Virus record (IMG/VR): IMGVR_UViG_3300012984_000010
Source: a virus
Lineage: Duplodnaviria > Caudoviricetes
Reading direction: 5' to 3' (one strand)
DNA length: 64,000 bases
Positions 49,783-58,218 of the stretch are shown here, piece by piece (the first letter of the stretch is position 1; each line of letters opens with the position of its first letter). Below the pieces are notes generated by a model that saw only the letters and a program-made list of their open reading frames with translations, did no database searches and was not told the origin of the DNA. The translations under genes and the position numbers were made by a program.

Positions 49783-51639
49783 TCAGGCTGCCCAAGCAGG
49801 CTTCTGTAGCAGGTCGGTCGCCAAGATGGTGTCCACAAGGGACAGACGAGGCTTGACCTGCGCCCTGGTTGCTGCGGCCGTTACCGGCGTAGCAGCGATC
49901 AGGTTACGAAGCACGCGAGGCACAGCGTACGGGTCGGTGAACGTCTTCTCATCGATCTCGAAGCACGGGATATTCAAACGAACAGCCGTTTCCTTGACCG
50001 CAGTACCTTGACCGTATTGACGGGAAGGAGTGGGGATGAGACCGAATGCGACCGGATTGAGGTCAGATTCCTGAACAGCTCGGCTGAATTGGGGGGCACC
50101 CTCATCACCAACGAAGATGAATAGGACATCCCTACCTGCAACAGGCCTGTACTTCTTGAGAGCAAGTACACCAGCACCGTAATCCGTACCACCACCTGCC
50201 TTGATACCTGAGAAGGCGTTGGTGACACCTGCTGCTGAAGCGTGAGGGATTCTTACTTCACGTCCCGCTGTGTTGAACACCGAAACGTGAAGATTATCCA
50301 GCGGGAAAGCTGGAACCATCTGAGAGATATATCGCTTAGCCTTCTCGATCGCCTCATCCATCGAACCAGAGATGTCGACAATGACGTAGACTTCCAGGTC
50401 CTTGGCCACTTCCTCGACAGCCTTTTGGACTGCCGTATCCGCCGCCTCCTGCAAGGCTTCCTTGACTTCCTTGGACTTGACCCGCAAAGCGACGTTAGCC
50501 GCCCGCTGGTCTTCCGCCTTCCTGAGGGCCGCCTGCCAACGCCCCTGAATGTCAGGAACCTTGAGCAAACCGTGCGATTCAAGGGTCTCGCTGTAGATGA
50601 TTAGGTCCTTGTCGGAAAGGGATCCCGATTCGATCGAGGCCGCCAATACAGCTCGGGTGAGACCAATCTGATCTGGCAACATACCGACGATTCGCTTGAA
50701 ATCGGGCTTTTGGGCCACGATCCGTTCGCAAATCTGTTCCTCAGTGAGACCTGCCCACGACTCAGCTGCCTTGACGGCCTTACCGATGGCGATCGTACGG
50801 TGACCGTCCTTCGCCTGGTCCTGCTTCCAACGAAGCAATTGGAAGAACTTCTCCGTTGTCGGCTTGTACCCGATCGCTCGTGCCAAACGAATGAGCGAGG
50901 TCCGGAAACCCTTCTTGATCAGACCCTTGAGCAGTTGCTGGTTGACCTCACGGTAACGCAACCACTTCTCGATCACTCGGGGGAGACGACCCAAGAAGGC
51001 GTTGCGCTGGCTCTGGCCGAAACCCAACTCACGGTTGACGGCCGCGACCTCGTCCAACTCCAAGAAATCCAGAAGGCGCAAGATCATCTTGACGTCCAGG
51101 AACTTCTTCCCGTCGCAAAGTACCATCGCCTCACCGATGTCTCGGAAGTCCTCATCGTAGAACGCCACCTTACCAGCATCCAAGACCGGATCGCCCTTAC
51201 GGGTCTGAACCAACATGAATGCCGCCAAAGCTACCTTCAAGTCACGGTGATCTTCACCGTAGGCGTAGCTAGCCCAACGAGCTGCAAACTCGTTGTCGAG
51301 CCGCCATACTTCGGCGATCTGGCGGTACATCCACTCAGCCACCTCAGGGAATAGGCCTGGCTTCATGTAGCGACCGACAATCGTACGACCGTCCAACACC
51401 TTACCGTCGGCACTCAAGGTGCCAAGACGAATCAGGTTCGTCTTCTTGCCCGCCTTTTCCTTGCGGTAGACGACCTTCTGGCCGGCCTCTTCCTTGTAGG
51501 TAACTGGAGACCACTTCACCTTGGTGACGGAAGTAGGGTCCGGCTGGACGATTCCTGGCCTATTGTGTACAGCATGATCGGAATAGGCCAAAAGCGTGTT
51601 GATGATGCGCTCTGCAGGGCCCAGGTTTTCATTTGCCAT
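49783..51639 (-). CDS. Helical (TROVE/Ro60-like) domain plus C-terminal vWA protein
   Basis: About 400 aa helical/basic region, then MIDAS VDISGSM, GGTD, FVGDEG. Confidence 0.75.
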   Translation of the reverse strand: MANENLGPAERIINTLLAYSDHAVHNRPGIVQPDPTSVTKVKWSPVTYKEEAGQKVVYRKEKAGKKTNLIRLGTLSADGKVLDGRTIVGRYMKPGLFPEVAEWMYRQIAEVWRLDNEFAARWASYAYGEDHRDLKVALAAFMLVQTRKGDPVLDAGKVAFYDEDFRDIGEAMVLCDGKKFLDVKMILRLLDFLELDEVAAVNRELGFGQSQRNAFLGRLPRVIEKWLRYREVNQQLLKGLIKKGFRTSLIRLARAIGYKPTTEKFFQLLRWKQDQAKDGHRTIAIGKAVKAAESWAGLTEEQICERIVAQKPDFKRIVGMLPDQIGLTRAVLAASIESGSLSDKDLIIYSETLESHGLLKVPDIQGRWQAALRKAEDQRAANVALRVKSKEVKEALQEAADTAVQKAVEEVAKDLEVYVIVDISGSMDEAIEKAKRYISQMVPAFPLDNLHVSVFNTAGREVRIPHASAAGVTNAFSGIKAGGGTDYGAGVLALKKYRPVAGRDVLFIFVGDEGAPQFSRAVQESDLNPVAFGLIPTPSRQYGQGTAVKETAVRLNIPCFEIDEKTFTDPYAVPRVLRNLIAATPVTAAATRAQVKPRLSLVDTILATDLLQKPAWAA

Positions 51640-51976
51640 TTTGTTTTTCTCCTAGAGATCGCTTTGATGTGCCGCATGATACGGCCCGAGTTGCGAACTC
51701 TTTAGTCCTTAGGGGTAGTTACACCGTCAGTCGCACAAGGTTCGGGCAACTTAGGCTCGTCAGCAGGGATCCAACCATCGTTGGTAATGGTTCTGCGTTT
51801 ACAGCGAGCACATTTCCACCCAGTTAGGAACGGATGGTCAGTCTGTTCGACATACCAATCATGGCCTTGAGCGTCTTTCATGAATCTGTAGACACCGATA
51901 GCTCCGGACGAGGGACTCGCACCCCCATTTTCCTCGTTCAAAGCGAGGTTGTCCTTCTTTAGACGATTCCGGAATG

Positions 51977-52053
51977 TGGTTCGGGAGGAGGGATTCGAAC
52001 CCAAGTCATTCTGTGGGTCAAAGCCACATGTCCTGCCTTTAGACGACTCCCGA
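51977..52053 (-). tRNA. tRNA-Gln(TTG)
   Basis: TGTGG-CTTTGAC-CCACA, CCA. Confidence 0.88.
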
Positions 52054-52054
52054 G

Positions 52055-52124
52055 TGGTGGTAAGAGGACATCGAACCTCAGCCCTAGTCCTTATGAGAGA
52101 CCGGTCCCGCCTTGGGATACCACC
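52055..52124 (-). tRNA. tRNA-Met(CAT), degenerate
   Basis: GGTGGTA/TACCACC, loop CTCATAA, short D arm. Confidence 0.6.
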
Positions 52125-52144
52125 GTTTTGGTGTAACTTACACC

Positions 52145-52513
52145 ATGTTTTCCTACGATCATGAGAATCTGCAATGGACTCTGGAACGAGCTTCAGAGCT
52201 CGCCAGGCTGTCTCAAATCATCAGTCGACTTCGGACATCCGAAGATCTGAATGTCAATGAGTGCAACTGGTTTGCAGAGTACCTGCATCCTTGGTATCTG
52301 ATGTTGGGGCGACGACAGAACGTGATCAACACGCTCCATGAAAATCCACTATGGGATCTGTTGACCTCTGACGGTTATCTGACCGCCAACAAGGACCGTC
52401 TTGACGCCCTATGTCTCCAGCTAGACGATCGTGAGCTCGATCAGGCTTCCAGGCAATACATGCTTGAGCTGGCGACCTACTTCCGTCACGAGTATTTGTG
52501 GCAGCGACCCTGA
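52145..52513 (+). CDS. Hypothetical protein
   Basis: ATG 9 nt after a plus-strand GGTGTA. Confidence 0.55.
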   Translation: MFSYDHENLQWTLERASELARLSQIISRLRTSEDLNVNECNWFAEYLHPWYLMLGRRQNVINTLHENPLWDLLTSDGYLTANKDRLDALCLQLDDRELDQASRQYMLELATYFRHEYLWQRP

Positions 52514-52729
52514 TGGGATTCGAACCCATGTCGACCGACCTAAGAACCTTCTTGGAAACGCGCTTTCCTAGCGACCTGGGGTCTCCATGCCATTCGGGGC
52601 AATCTGCAACCATGGTTCAGATATCTTCCGTGTAGAGGTCAACCCGAGCGACGCCCTGTTGACGTGTGCACGTGATTATCGTCGATCCCTCTTTCGAGTA
52701 CAGTCTTCGTTTTTGGCTGTGCCTTTCCA

Positions 52730-53071
52730 CTAGGCTACAGGGTCAAGATTACCTACAATCAAACACTCCTCAATCCACCAATCAGGAGGTGCAGCCGCCT
52801 TCCCAGTTTTAAGAATTGAGATCAAGATCTCTCGTACATCAGACGGTTTTACTGCAGCCTTGTGTGGAGGCAACATCCAACCTTCCTCATGGTCTTGCTG
52901 CCAGTACTTGGACACCAAGACCACCGATATATAGGCGTTTCTTGGGGCCTGTATGGTGATTCGGCATCCAGCAGGAGACTGTCCTTTGAACCGATTCTTT
53001 GGGAATTTGAGTGTGTACGGATACGTAACTCCGTCCACATCTATTTTTCTTCTAGGTCGAGGGAGGGTCAT
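52730..53071 (-). CDS. Hypothetical protein
   Basis: 113 aa ORF. Confidence 0.5.
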   Translation of the reverse strand: MTLPRPRRKIDVDGVTYPYTLKFPKNRFKGQSPAGCRITIQAPRNAYISVVLVSKYWQQDHEEGWMLPPHKAAVKPSDVREILISILKTGKAAAPPDWWIEECLIVGNLDPVA

Positions 53072-53072
53072 T

Positions 53073-53149
53073 TGGTAGCGGAAACAGGGAATCGAACCCT
53101 ATTGTTATACGGGTATGAGCCGTACGTGTAAGCCATTCTACTCTTCCGC
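53073..53149 (-). tRNA. tRNA-Met(CAT)
   Basis: TACGG-CTCATAC-CCGTA, CCA. Confidence 0.88.
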
Positions 53150-53151
53150 AG

Positions 53152-53224
53152 CGCCCTCGGCAGGAATCGAACCTGCATCATCGACTTCGGAAATCGGTAC
53201 CTTATCCAATTAGGCAACAAGGGC
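53152..53224 (-). tRNA. tRNA-Arg(CCG)
   Basis: GCCCTTG/CGAGGGC, loop TTCCGAA. Confidence 0.88.
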
Positions 53225-53405
53225 ATTCAGTACCCTTTCTGGGCCCACCCAAGTAGCTACTCCTGGGAACCTCCCCTTTATTGGAGGGGTGCTCTGAGAT
53301 GTCAGTGGGCTGATTGATCAGAAAAGTCCTGGAAGTGGATTCGGCGCCGAATCTTCATCCCGTTTCTGACGGCAATTGAGCTATGGGTCCAGAAAAGATA
53401 CTGGG

Positions 53406-53489
53406 CGGAAGCCAACCGAATCGAACGGTATGCTGTTACACACGCACTCCTTAGCAGGGAGGCCTCACACCACTGTGAGTTTAGCTTCC
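53406..53489 (-). tRNA. tRNA-Ser(GCT)
   Basis: CTCC-CTGCTAA-GGAG, long variable arm, G73. Confidence 0.85.
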
Positions 53490-53648
53490 ATAGGTGTCCG
53501 AGGAGCATAGCCGGCTCCCCGGACGGGTTTGTGAAACTGCATAGGGCCCATCACGGCATTTAAGATCACCGATTAGCTCTAAAGCCCGTACGGCTTGCCA
53601 TTAGTCGACCCCCCAGCTCTGCTGATTAACCTGTGTTGATCAACACAG

Positions 53649-53794
53649 CTGGGGAGGCGGGATTCGAACCCACATGTACGGAGAATTGCCGATGACCGTT
53701 TGAAAGATGGGACGCAGTATCGTAACAAGCTTGTACCCAAACCTCAGCTTTACGGATGCATGGTGTGTCTCTTGCCAATTTGGACTACCTCCCA
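53649..53794 (-). ncRNA. tRNA-like RNA D with ~95-nt insert between the D and T arms
   Basis: TGGGAGG-TAGTCCAAATTGGCAAGAGAC 5' end; GTGGG-TTCGAAT-CCCGC CTCCCCA 3' end. Confidence 0.5.
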
Positions 53795-53825
53795 GTATTG
53801 CTAGCTAACCTTAGCTAGTTAGCAG

Positions 53826-53874
53826 TGGCTGGGAGGGTAGGAATCGAACCTACACAGGGCTTTCGCCCACACCT
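53826..53874 (-). pseudogene. Orphan tRNA 3' half (variable arm, T arm, acceptor strand, CCA)
   Basis: AGGTG-T-GGGCGAAAGCCC-TGT-GTAGG-TTCGATT-CCTAC-CCTCCCA-G-CCA. Confidence 0.55.
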
Positions 53875-53919
53875 AAGCACATTTCAAAATGAGTCTCAGA
53901 TTCAGCTTGGGGGTTCCTT

Positions 53920-54660
53920 TCAGGGGGCGAACAAGAAGTCAAACACGGCTTGGCCGGCGACTACCTTGGGCACCTCCACGAGATTTGCTTGCTCACGAGC
54001 AGTCTTGACTGCGGCCATGAGGCTTTCGATTCGAGCACGAAGTTTTTGAGCTCGGTCACGAGACACAGCTCCTGAGAATTTGGTGGTTGACCAGTAACCC
54101 ACCAGCTTGTCCTCTTGAAGAGTCTCTACTTGAGCAGGGTGCTCCTTCGTTGCGTCGTACTTGACGAACGCTCGGGGCAGCTTCTTGGTCCTGCTGGTCT
54201 CCACCACAGCCGTCTTGAAGGCGGAGGTAGCGGAATCGTACGTCCAAGTGTCGGTCTGCGGCAAGACCGGAAGCTTGACGATGTAGGTATGGAGATCAGT
54301 GAGTTGCTTCTCCAACCAGAGCAGATAGGTGGCCGGAACATCTTTGAGAAGCGTGACCCCATCAACCACCACATCAGCCTTGGCCAGTGTGTTGGCCGCG
54401 TCACGTCCCAAGGTGATGTCGAACAAGGCGGTGAACTGTCGACCTACTTCCTTCAACGTCTCCTCAACACGAACCTGAACCTGAGTGTTCTCTGGCGGCA
54501 GTTTCTCACCATCTTCCTCGATCGGTCGATAGGTACGAGCGATACCACTCAACAACGGGTCCTTCTGCAGAAGGTGATAAAGGGCCGTCACCTGTTCATG
54601 TGTGTTGGTCTTGATCTGCTTCTCTACAGCCAAGATCTGATTCAACTTCTGTGCCATCAT
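53920..54660 (-). CDS. Conserved-type hypothetical helical protein
   Basis: KLNQILAVEK start, LLWLEKQL, K.SGA; SD GGAG before the ATG. Confidence 0.7.
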   Translation of the reverse strand: MMAQKLNQILAVEKQIKTNTHEQVTALYHLLQKDPLLSGIARTYRPIEEDGEKLPPENTQVQVRVEETLKEVGRQFTALFDITLGRDAANTLAKADVVVDGVTLLKDVPATYLLWLEKQLTDLHTYIVKLPVLPQTDTWTYDSATSAFKTAVVETSRTKKLPRAFVKYDATKEHPAQVETLQEDKLVGYWSTTKFSGAVSRDRAQKLRARIESLMAAVKTAREQANLVEVPKVVAGQAVFDFLFAP

Positions 54661-54721
54661 ATCTCCTAGTCTGATCTTAATTTGGTCAGTGTGTGGCCGT
54701 CCATACACCGAACTTCTTAAG

Positions 54722-54806
54722 CGGAAGGCAGAGTACTCGAAACTCAGCCAAATTAATGGCCCATCGGTATTCGAAGCCGTGTTCGCCCCTGGCGAATTTA
54801 CCTTCC
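54722..54806 (-). tRNA. tRNA-Ser(CGA)
   Basis: GGAAGGT/GCCTTCC, loop TTCGAAT, long variable arm. Confidence 0.78.
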
Positions 54807-55024
54807 ATTAGCGATCTCATCATGTGTTGGCCAACACCGGATAAGATCTAGATCCGGTTGTGGACTCGAACCACTTTCGGCGCCGTACCCCTCCCAGGGG
54901 ATCCGGATCTTGTGGAAGGTGAGGGAGTCGAACCCAAACGGTCCCAATTGTCGGTAATTCACCTCAACAATTGGTCAAGATCCAGCTTGATTTACCTCCA
55001 TAAAACACTTGTGCAGAGCCGTAG

Positions 55025-55786
55025 GTGATGGAATCGAAGTCACACTCAAAACTGATAAGTATGTCTAGCATGGCAGGGAAAGCCAACGGCATTCTGAGTC
55101 GACAACACGCCATAGATGCGTACCACACCAATCCAAATATCTGCGAGGAATGTGGCAACCCCATTCTAGTGAAAGGAGTTGCCACAGTTGCATCTGTTCG
55201 TAAAAAACGATATTGTACCAGGAGTTGCTCAACCAAGGCTAACAACCGCCTACACCCAAAGAGGGGTTTTGAGGGGAAATGCAAGTGTTGTGCTATCCCC
55301 ATACCTTCAATTTGGACTTACTGTAGTGGGTGCCGTGTCCCAGGTGGTCCAGGGAGAAAACACACAACCAAGCCTTGTCCTACATGTCAAGCAGACTTCA
55401 AAGGGGCTAACAAGTATTGTTCCAAAGCGTGCATACCAGAGCAGGATTATGGTTACACAGAGTACATACGACGCTGGAAACAAGGCTTGGAGGATGGGTC
55501 CAATGGGACTCCAGGACAATTGTCCAACCACATTAGGAGGTACATATTCCTAAAATTTGGCAGCAAGTGTGTCGAATGTGGTTGGGCTAAAGTTAACGTG
55601 TCAACAGGCAAAGTACCTCTTCAAATAGACCATATCGATGGGAACTGGTCCAATAATTCAGAGAGTAACCTTCGACTTGTATGCCCTAATTGCCATTCTC
55701 TGACTGCCACTTACGGTGTCCTCAACAGAGGCAAAGGACGCCCTAGAAAAGCTTCTAGTGGAAGGAATTTTACAGCGGAGAGTTGA
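55025..55786 (+). CDS. HNH homing endonuclease with Zn-finger repeats
   Basis: Multiple CxxC; KCVECG, LQIDHIDGN..NN...NL...CPNCH. Confidence 0.9.
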   Translation: MMESKSHSKLISMSSMAGKANGILSRQHAIDAYHTNPNICEECGNPILVKGVATVASVRKKRYCTRSCSTKANNRLHPKRGFEGKCKCCAIPIPSIWTYCSGCRVPGGPGRKHTTKPCPTCQADFKGANKYCSKACIPEQDYGYTEYIRRWKQGLEDGSNGTPGQLSNHIRRYIFLKFGSKCVECGWAKVNVSTGKVPLQIDHIDGNWSNNSESNLRLVCPNCHSLTATYGVLNRGKGRPRKASSGRNFTAES

Positions 55787-55858
55787 ATACTCGAAATTCA
55801 AACCTTTCGGTTCCAACCGATTTCCAATCGGTGCTAAGCCCTGCCTAGTTAACTCTCC
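55776..55858 (-). tRNA. tRNA-Ser(GGA)
   Basis: ACCGA-TTGGAAA-TCGGT, long variable arm. Confidence 0.85.
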
Positions 55859-55869
55859 AACAATGTTAG

Positions 55870-55943
55870 TCAGGGTAGCCGGACTCGAACCGGCAGTCCC
55901 TCCGCCCCGAACGGAGTGCTCTACCAGATTGAGCCATACCCTG
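55870..55943 (-). tRNA. tRNA-Pro(CGG)
   Basis: CTCCG-TTCGGGG-CGGAG. Confidence 0.92.
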
Positions 55944-56152
55944 ATTAAATCTTGATCCGGCCCGTCGGCCTGCTACGCTAGAACCATGCGGCTCTGGCTG
56001 CTGTTTCCGGTCCTTCTAATCGGTTGTGTCCAACCTTACAGGAACCTACACCCTCTCGTACCGCCTGCTGAAAAGCCAGTCCTAGCCCCTCCTCCGAAGT
56101 ACGGGAACAAGGTCGTTTATAGTGTATCGAGGTACTATAAACGAAACATAAG

Positions 56153-56224
56153 TCAGGGTAGCGGGGATCGAACCCGCCAGCGCTTGTCCCCCAGACAAGT
56201 GGCCCACCTTGAGCCTTTACCCTG
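56153..56224 (-). tRNA. tRNA-Pro(GGG)
   Basis: CTTGT-CTGGGGG-ACAAG. Confidence 0.85.
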
Positions 56225-56337
56225 ATTGATGATCGGTACAAGGGAGAGCTGCCGATCAACTCTTCCAAACACCCACACTGACCTACGACCTCACCAGTTT
56301 GGCTGGGTATTCGTAATGAGATGCGGGATGGCCCTAG

Positions 56338-56412
56338 TAGGCGATGAGGGGATCGAACCCGTCCTAAGCTGCCTTGTAAGAGCAGTGTCTTCACCAGAAG
56401 AACTAATCGCCC
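56338..56412 (-). tRNA. tRNA-Val(TAC)
   Basis: CTGCT-CTTACAA-GGCAG. Confidence 0.88.
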
Positions 56413-56561
56413 ATTTCTGTTTTTGAAACATCCAAGACATGGTAGCGGTAGCCACAACCATCGAAGTGTTGTTGACCCTTGTCAGCCTGGCCCTCTGGGC
56501 GGCAAGCGAACTTGGGTACAAGCTCGTCAACCTGGCCCTCGCTCCAGTATCTTAGATATAG

Positions 56562-56633
56562 CGCCCCTGGGTGGAGTCGAGCCACCGCAAAATTGGTTTA
56601 GAAGGCCAAGTGCCGCAATCCCTCGGCAGGGGC
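56562..56633 (-). tRNA. tRNA-Arg(TCT)
   Basis: GCCCCTG/CAGGGGC, loop CTTCTAA. Confidence 0.8.
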
Positions 56634-56637
56634 GTAG

Positions 56638-56709
56638 CGTCTCCACCAGGATTTGAACCTGGAACGCGACTTTCGTAGAGTCGAGTGATATCCGTTTCAC
56701 CATGGAGAC
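56638..56709 (-). tRNA. tRNA-Arg(ACG)
   Basis: CGACT-CTACGAA-AGTCG. Confidence 0.88.
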
Positions 56710-56710
56710 A

Positions 56711-56780
56711 TGGCACCCCTGCTAGGAATCGCACCTAGTCTAGCTACTTCGTAGGCAGCCGCCCATCTATTGGCAAGGGT
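56711..56780 (-). tRNA. tRNA-Arg(ACG), second degenerate copy
   Basis: GCTGC-CTACGAA-GTAGC, CCA, poor D arm. Confidence 0.6.
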
Positions 56781-56788
56781 AAAAAGAG

Positions 56789-57079
56789 TCAAGCCGAAAC
56801 CCACAAGCCGTCACGGATGAAACCATGATGGCCGCAAAACGGGCACAGGAGCGAAGGACTGAGAGTCAACGGTTCTTCGGAATGTAGCCTCCAATGCACC
56901 TCAGCAATCAAGCCATCTCTGGCGCACGGAATGTACGATTCATGACCGGCCTCTATCGAACAGTTATGCCGGTAATCTACACCGTTAAGTTCATCGTCAA
57001 TGTACGCTCGACGAATACTGACATCGTTTCCGATATCAACCCACTCTCCACGATGACATCTAACGGTTCCTTGGCTCAT
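56789..57079 (-). CDS. DUF6527-like Zn-binding protein
   Basis: H.C, W......PLTLSPSLLCPFCGHHGFIRDG.W. Confidence 0.7.
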   Translation of the reverse strand: MSQGTVRCHRGEWVDIGNDVSIRRAYIDDELNGVDYRHNCSIEAGHESYIPCARDGLIAEVHWRLHSEEPLTLSPSLLCPFCGHHGFIRDGLWVSA

Positions 57080-57629
57080 GATGATCCACCTGCTTGGAAC
57101 CTCTGGGTTCCATATACTGGAGGATCTCAGTCAAAGAATATGGCCGGTACTCATGGGAGATTTCTTTCGAATCTACCCCCACATCCACCGACTTGCCCCA
57201 AGGCGGGAGAGAGCCGTGCGAGTGGCCGTACAGCATGATGCTACCGTGGTGAGACTTGTTCCACACCCGCATCCCGTAGTGGAATAGACAGATGAACGGA
57301 TGTTCGTCCGAACGGAGCTCAGCGTAAGACTGGATGCTGTCTACCAAGCCGCTACTCAGCAGGCGATCTCGGTTTTGCTCAACCACCCTATCGTGATTGC
57401 CTAACACCAGGTTCTTCCTGCCGTTGAGTTGTTTGAGGATCTGGACCAGCTGAGGGTATTGGCAAAAAGCCAGATCACCTAGATGCCAAACCGTGTCGGC
57501 CGGGTCCACCTGCCGATTCCAGTTTTGGATCAGAGCCTTGTTCATCTCTTCCACCGAACTGTAGGGGCGGTCGCTGTAACGAATCACATTGGCATGGTGC
57601 CAGTGTGTGTCTGAAGTAAAGTGTATCAA
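57060..57629 (-). CDS. Calcineurin-like metallophosphoesterase
   Basis: TSDTHWHH, LGDL, GNHD, LYGHSH. Confidence 0.92.
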   Translation of the reverse strand: MIHFTSDTHWHHANVIRYSDRPYSSVEEMNKALIQNWNRQVDPADTVWHLGDLAFCQYPQLVQILKQLNGRKNLVLGNHDRVVEQNRDRLLSSGLVDSIQSYAELRSDEHPFICLFHYGMRVWNKSHHGSIMLYGHSHGSLPPWGKSVDVGVDSKEISHEYRPYSLTEILQYMEPRGSKQVDHHEPRNR

Positions 57630-57645
57630 TCTATGTTCCTTTCAG

Positions 57646-57717
57646 TACCAGGTGAGGGAATCGAACCCTCCTGAGCTGCCTTGTCGAGGCAGTGCCCTCC
57701 CAGAAGACGAACCTGGC
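57646..57717 (-). tRNA. tRNA-Val(GAC)
   Basis: CTGCC-TCGACAA-GGCAG. Confidence 0.82.
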
Positions 57718-57722
57718 ATTAG

Positions 57723-57795
57723 AGGCGTGGGTGGGAATCGAACCCACGAAAGCCGGACTTGCAAACCGGCGCCTTACCATTCAGACCACCACGCC
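57723..57795 (-). tRNA. tRNA-Cys(GCA)
   Basis: Loop TTGCAAG, U73. Confidence 0.88.
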
Positions 57796-57851
57796 AAAAA
57801 TACTCTTGACAACCTATACGGCATGTTTACTTGCTTGGGTAAGGAGGCAAC

Positions 57852-58184
57852 ATGCTACTAAGCAAAAATCTGATCCAAACCCTCAACTGGGCCTACGAAT
57901 CCACCGGCTATACCTCAAGGCGGCAAACCTTCCGACCCTTGGAATCAGGAGATATTGAAGTTTCTCTGGAAATCCCAGGAATCGACCCTGCCACGATTGA
58001 GCTGGAGTCCACCACCGAAGTACTGACCGTCAAGACTGGAAGCAAGACCCTCAGGTCTTACCAACTAGCTGACACTATCGATTCAGGCAGCATCTCGGCC
58101 AGCGCTGAGTTTGGGATTCTGAAGATCCTGGTGCCGCTGAAGGCCAAGGAAACACCCAGAAAGATCCCTGTGCTGGTGAGTTGA
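57852..58184 (+). CDS. Small heat-shock protein (Hsp20/alpha-crystallin)
   Basis: EIPG.DP..I, ISA....GILKI..P, terminal RKIPV; SD AAGGAGG. Confidence 0.85.
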   Translation: MLLSKNLIQTLNWAYESTGYTSRRQTFRPLESGDIEVSLEIPGIDPATIELESTTEVLTVKTGSKTLRSYQLADTIDSGSISASAEFGILKILVPLKAKETPRKIPVLVS

Positions 58185-58186
58185 CG

Positions 58187-58218
58187 ATAGAGCGGGAGTG
58201 TTTCCCGCTCTATTTTTA
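58187..58218. terminator. Intrinsic terminator between convergent genes
   Basis: ATAGAGCGGGA-GTGTT-TCCCGCTCTAT-TTTT. Confidence 0.8.

Noticed and set aside
52505-52590. tRNA-like element overlapping the end of 52145-52513
   Set aside because: It has a T arm and two small hairpins, but the acceptor pairing is only 5 bp and there is no anticodon arm; treated as a remnant.
53500-53620. 5' tRNA-Gln-like half with an apparent TTA (ochre suppressor) loop
   Set aside because: The anticodon stem does not pair, and no T arm or acceptor partner follows.
53690-53712. TT-TCA-AA loop suggesting tRNA-Sec or an opal suppressor inside element D
   Set aside because: The flanking bases do not form a stem.
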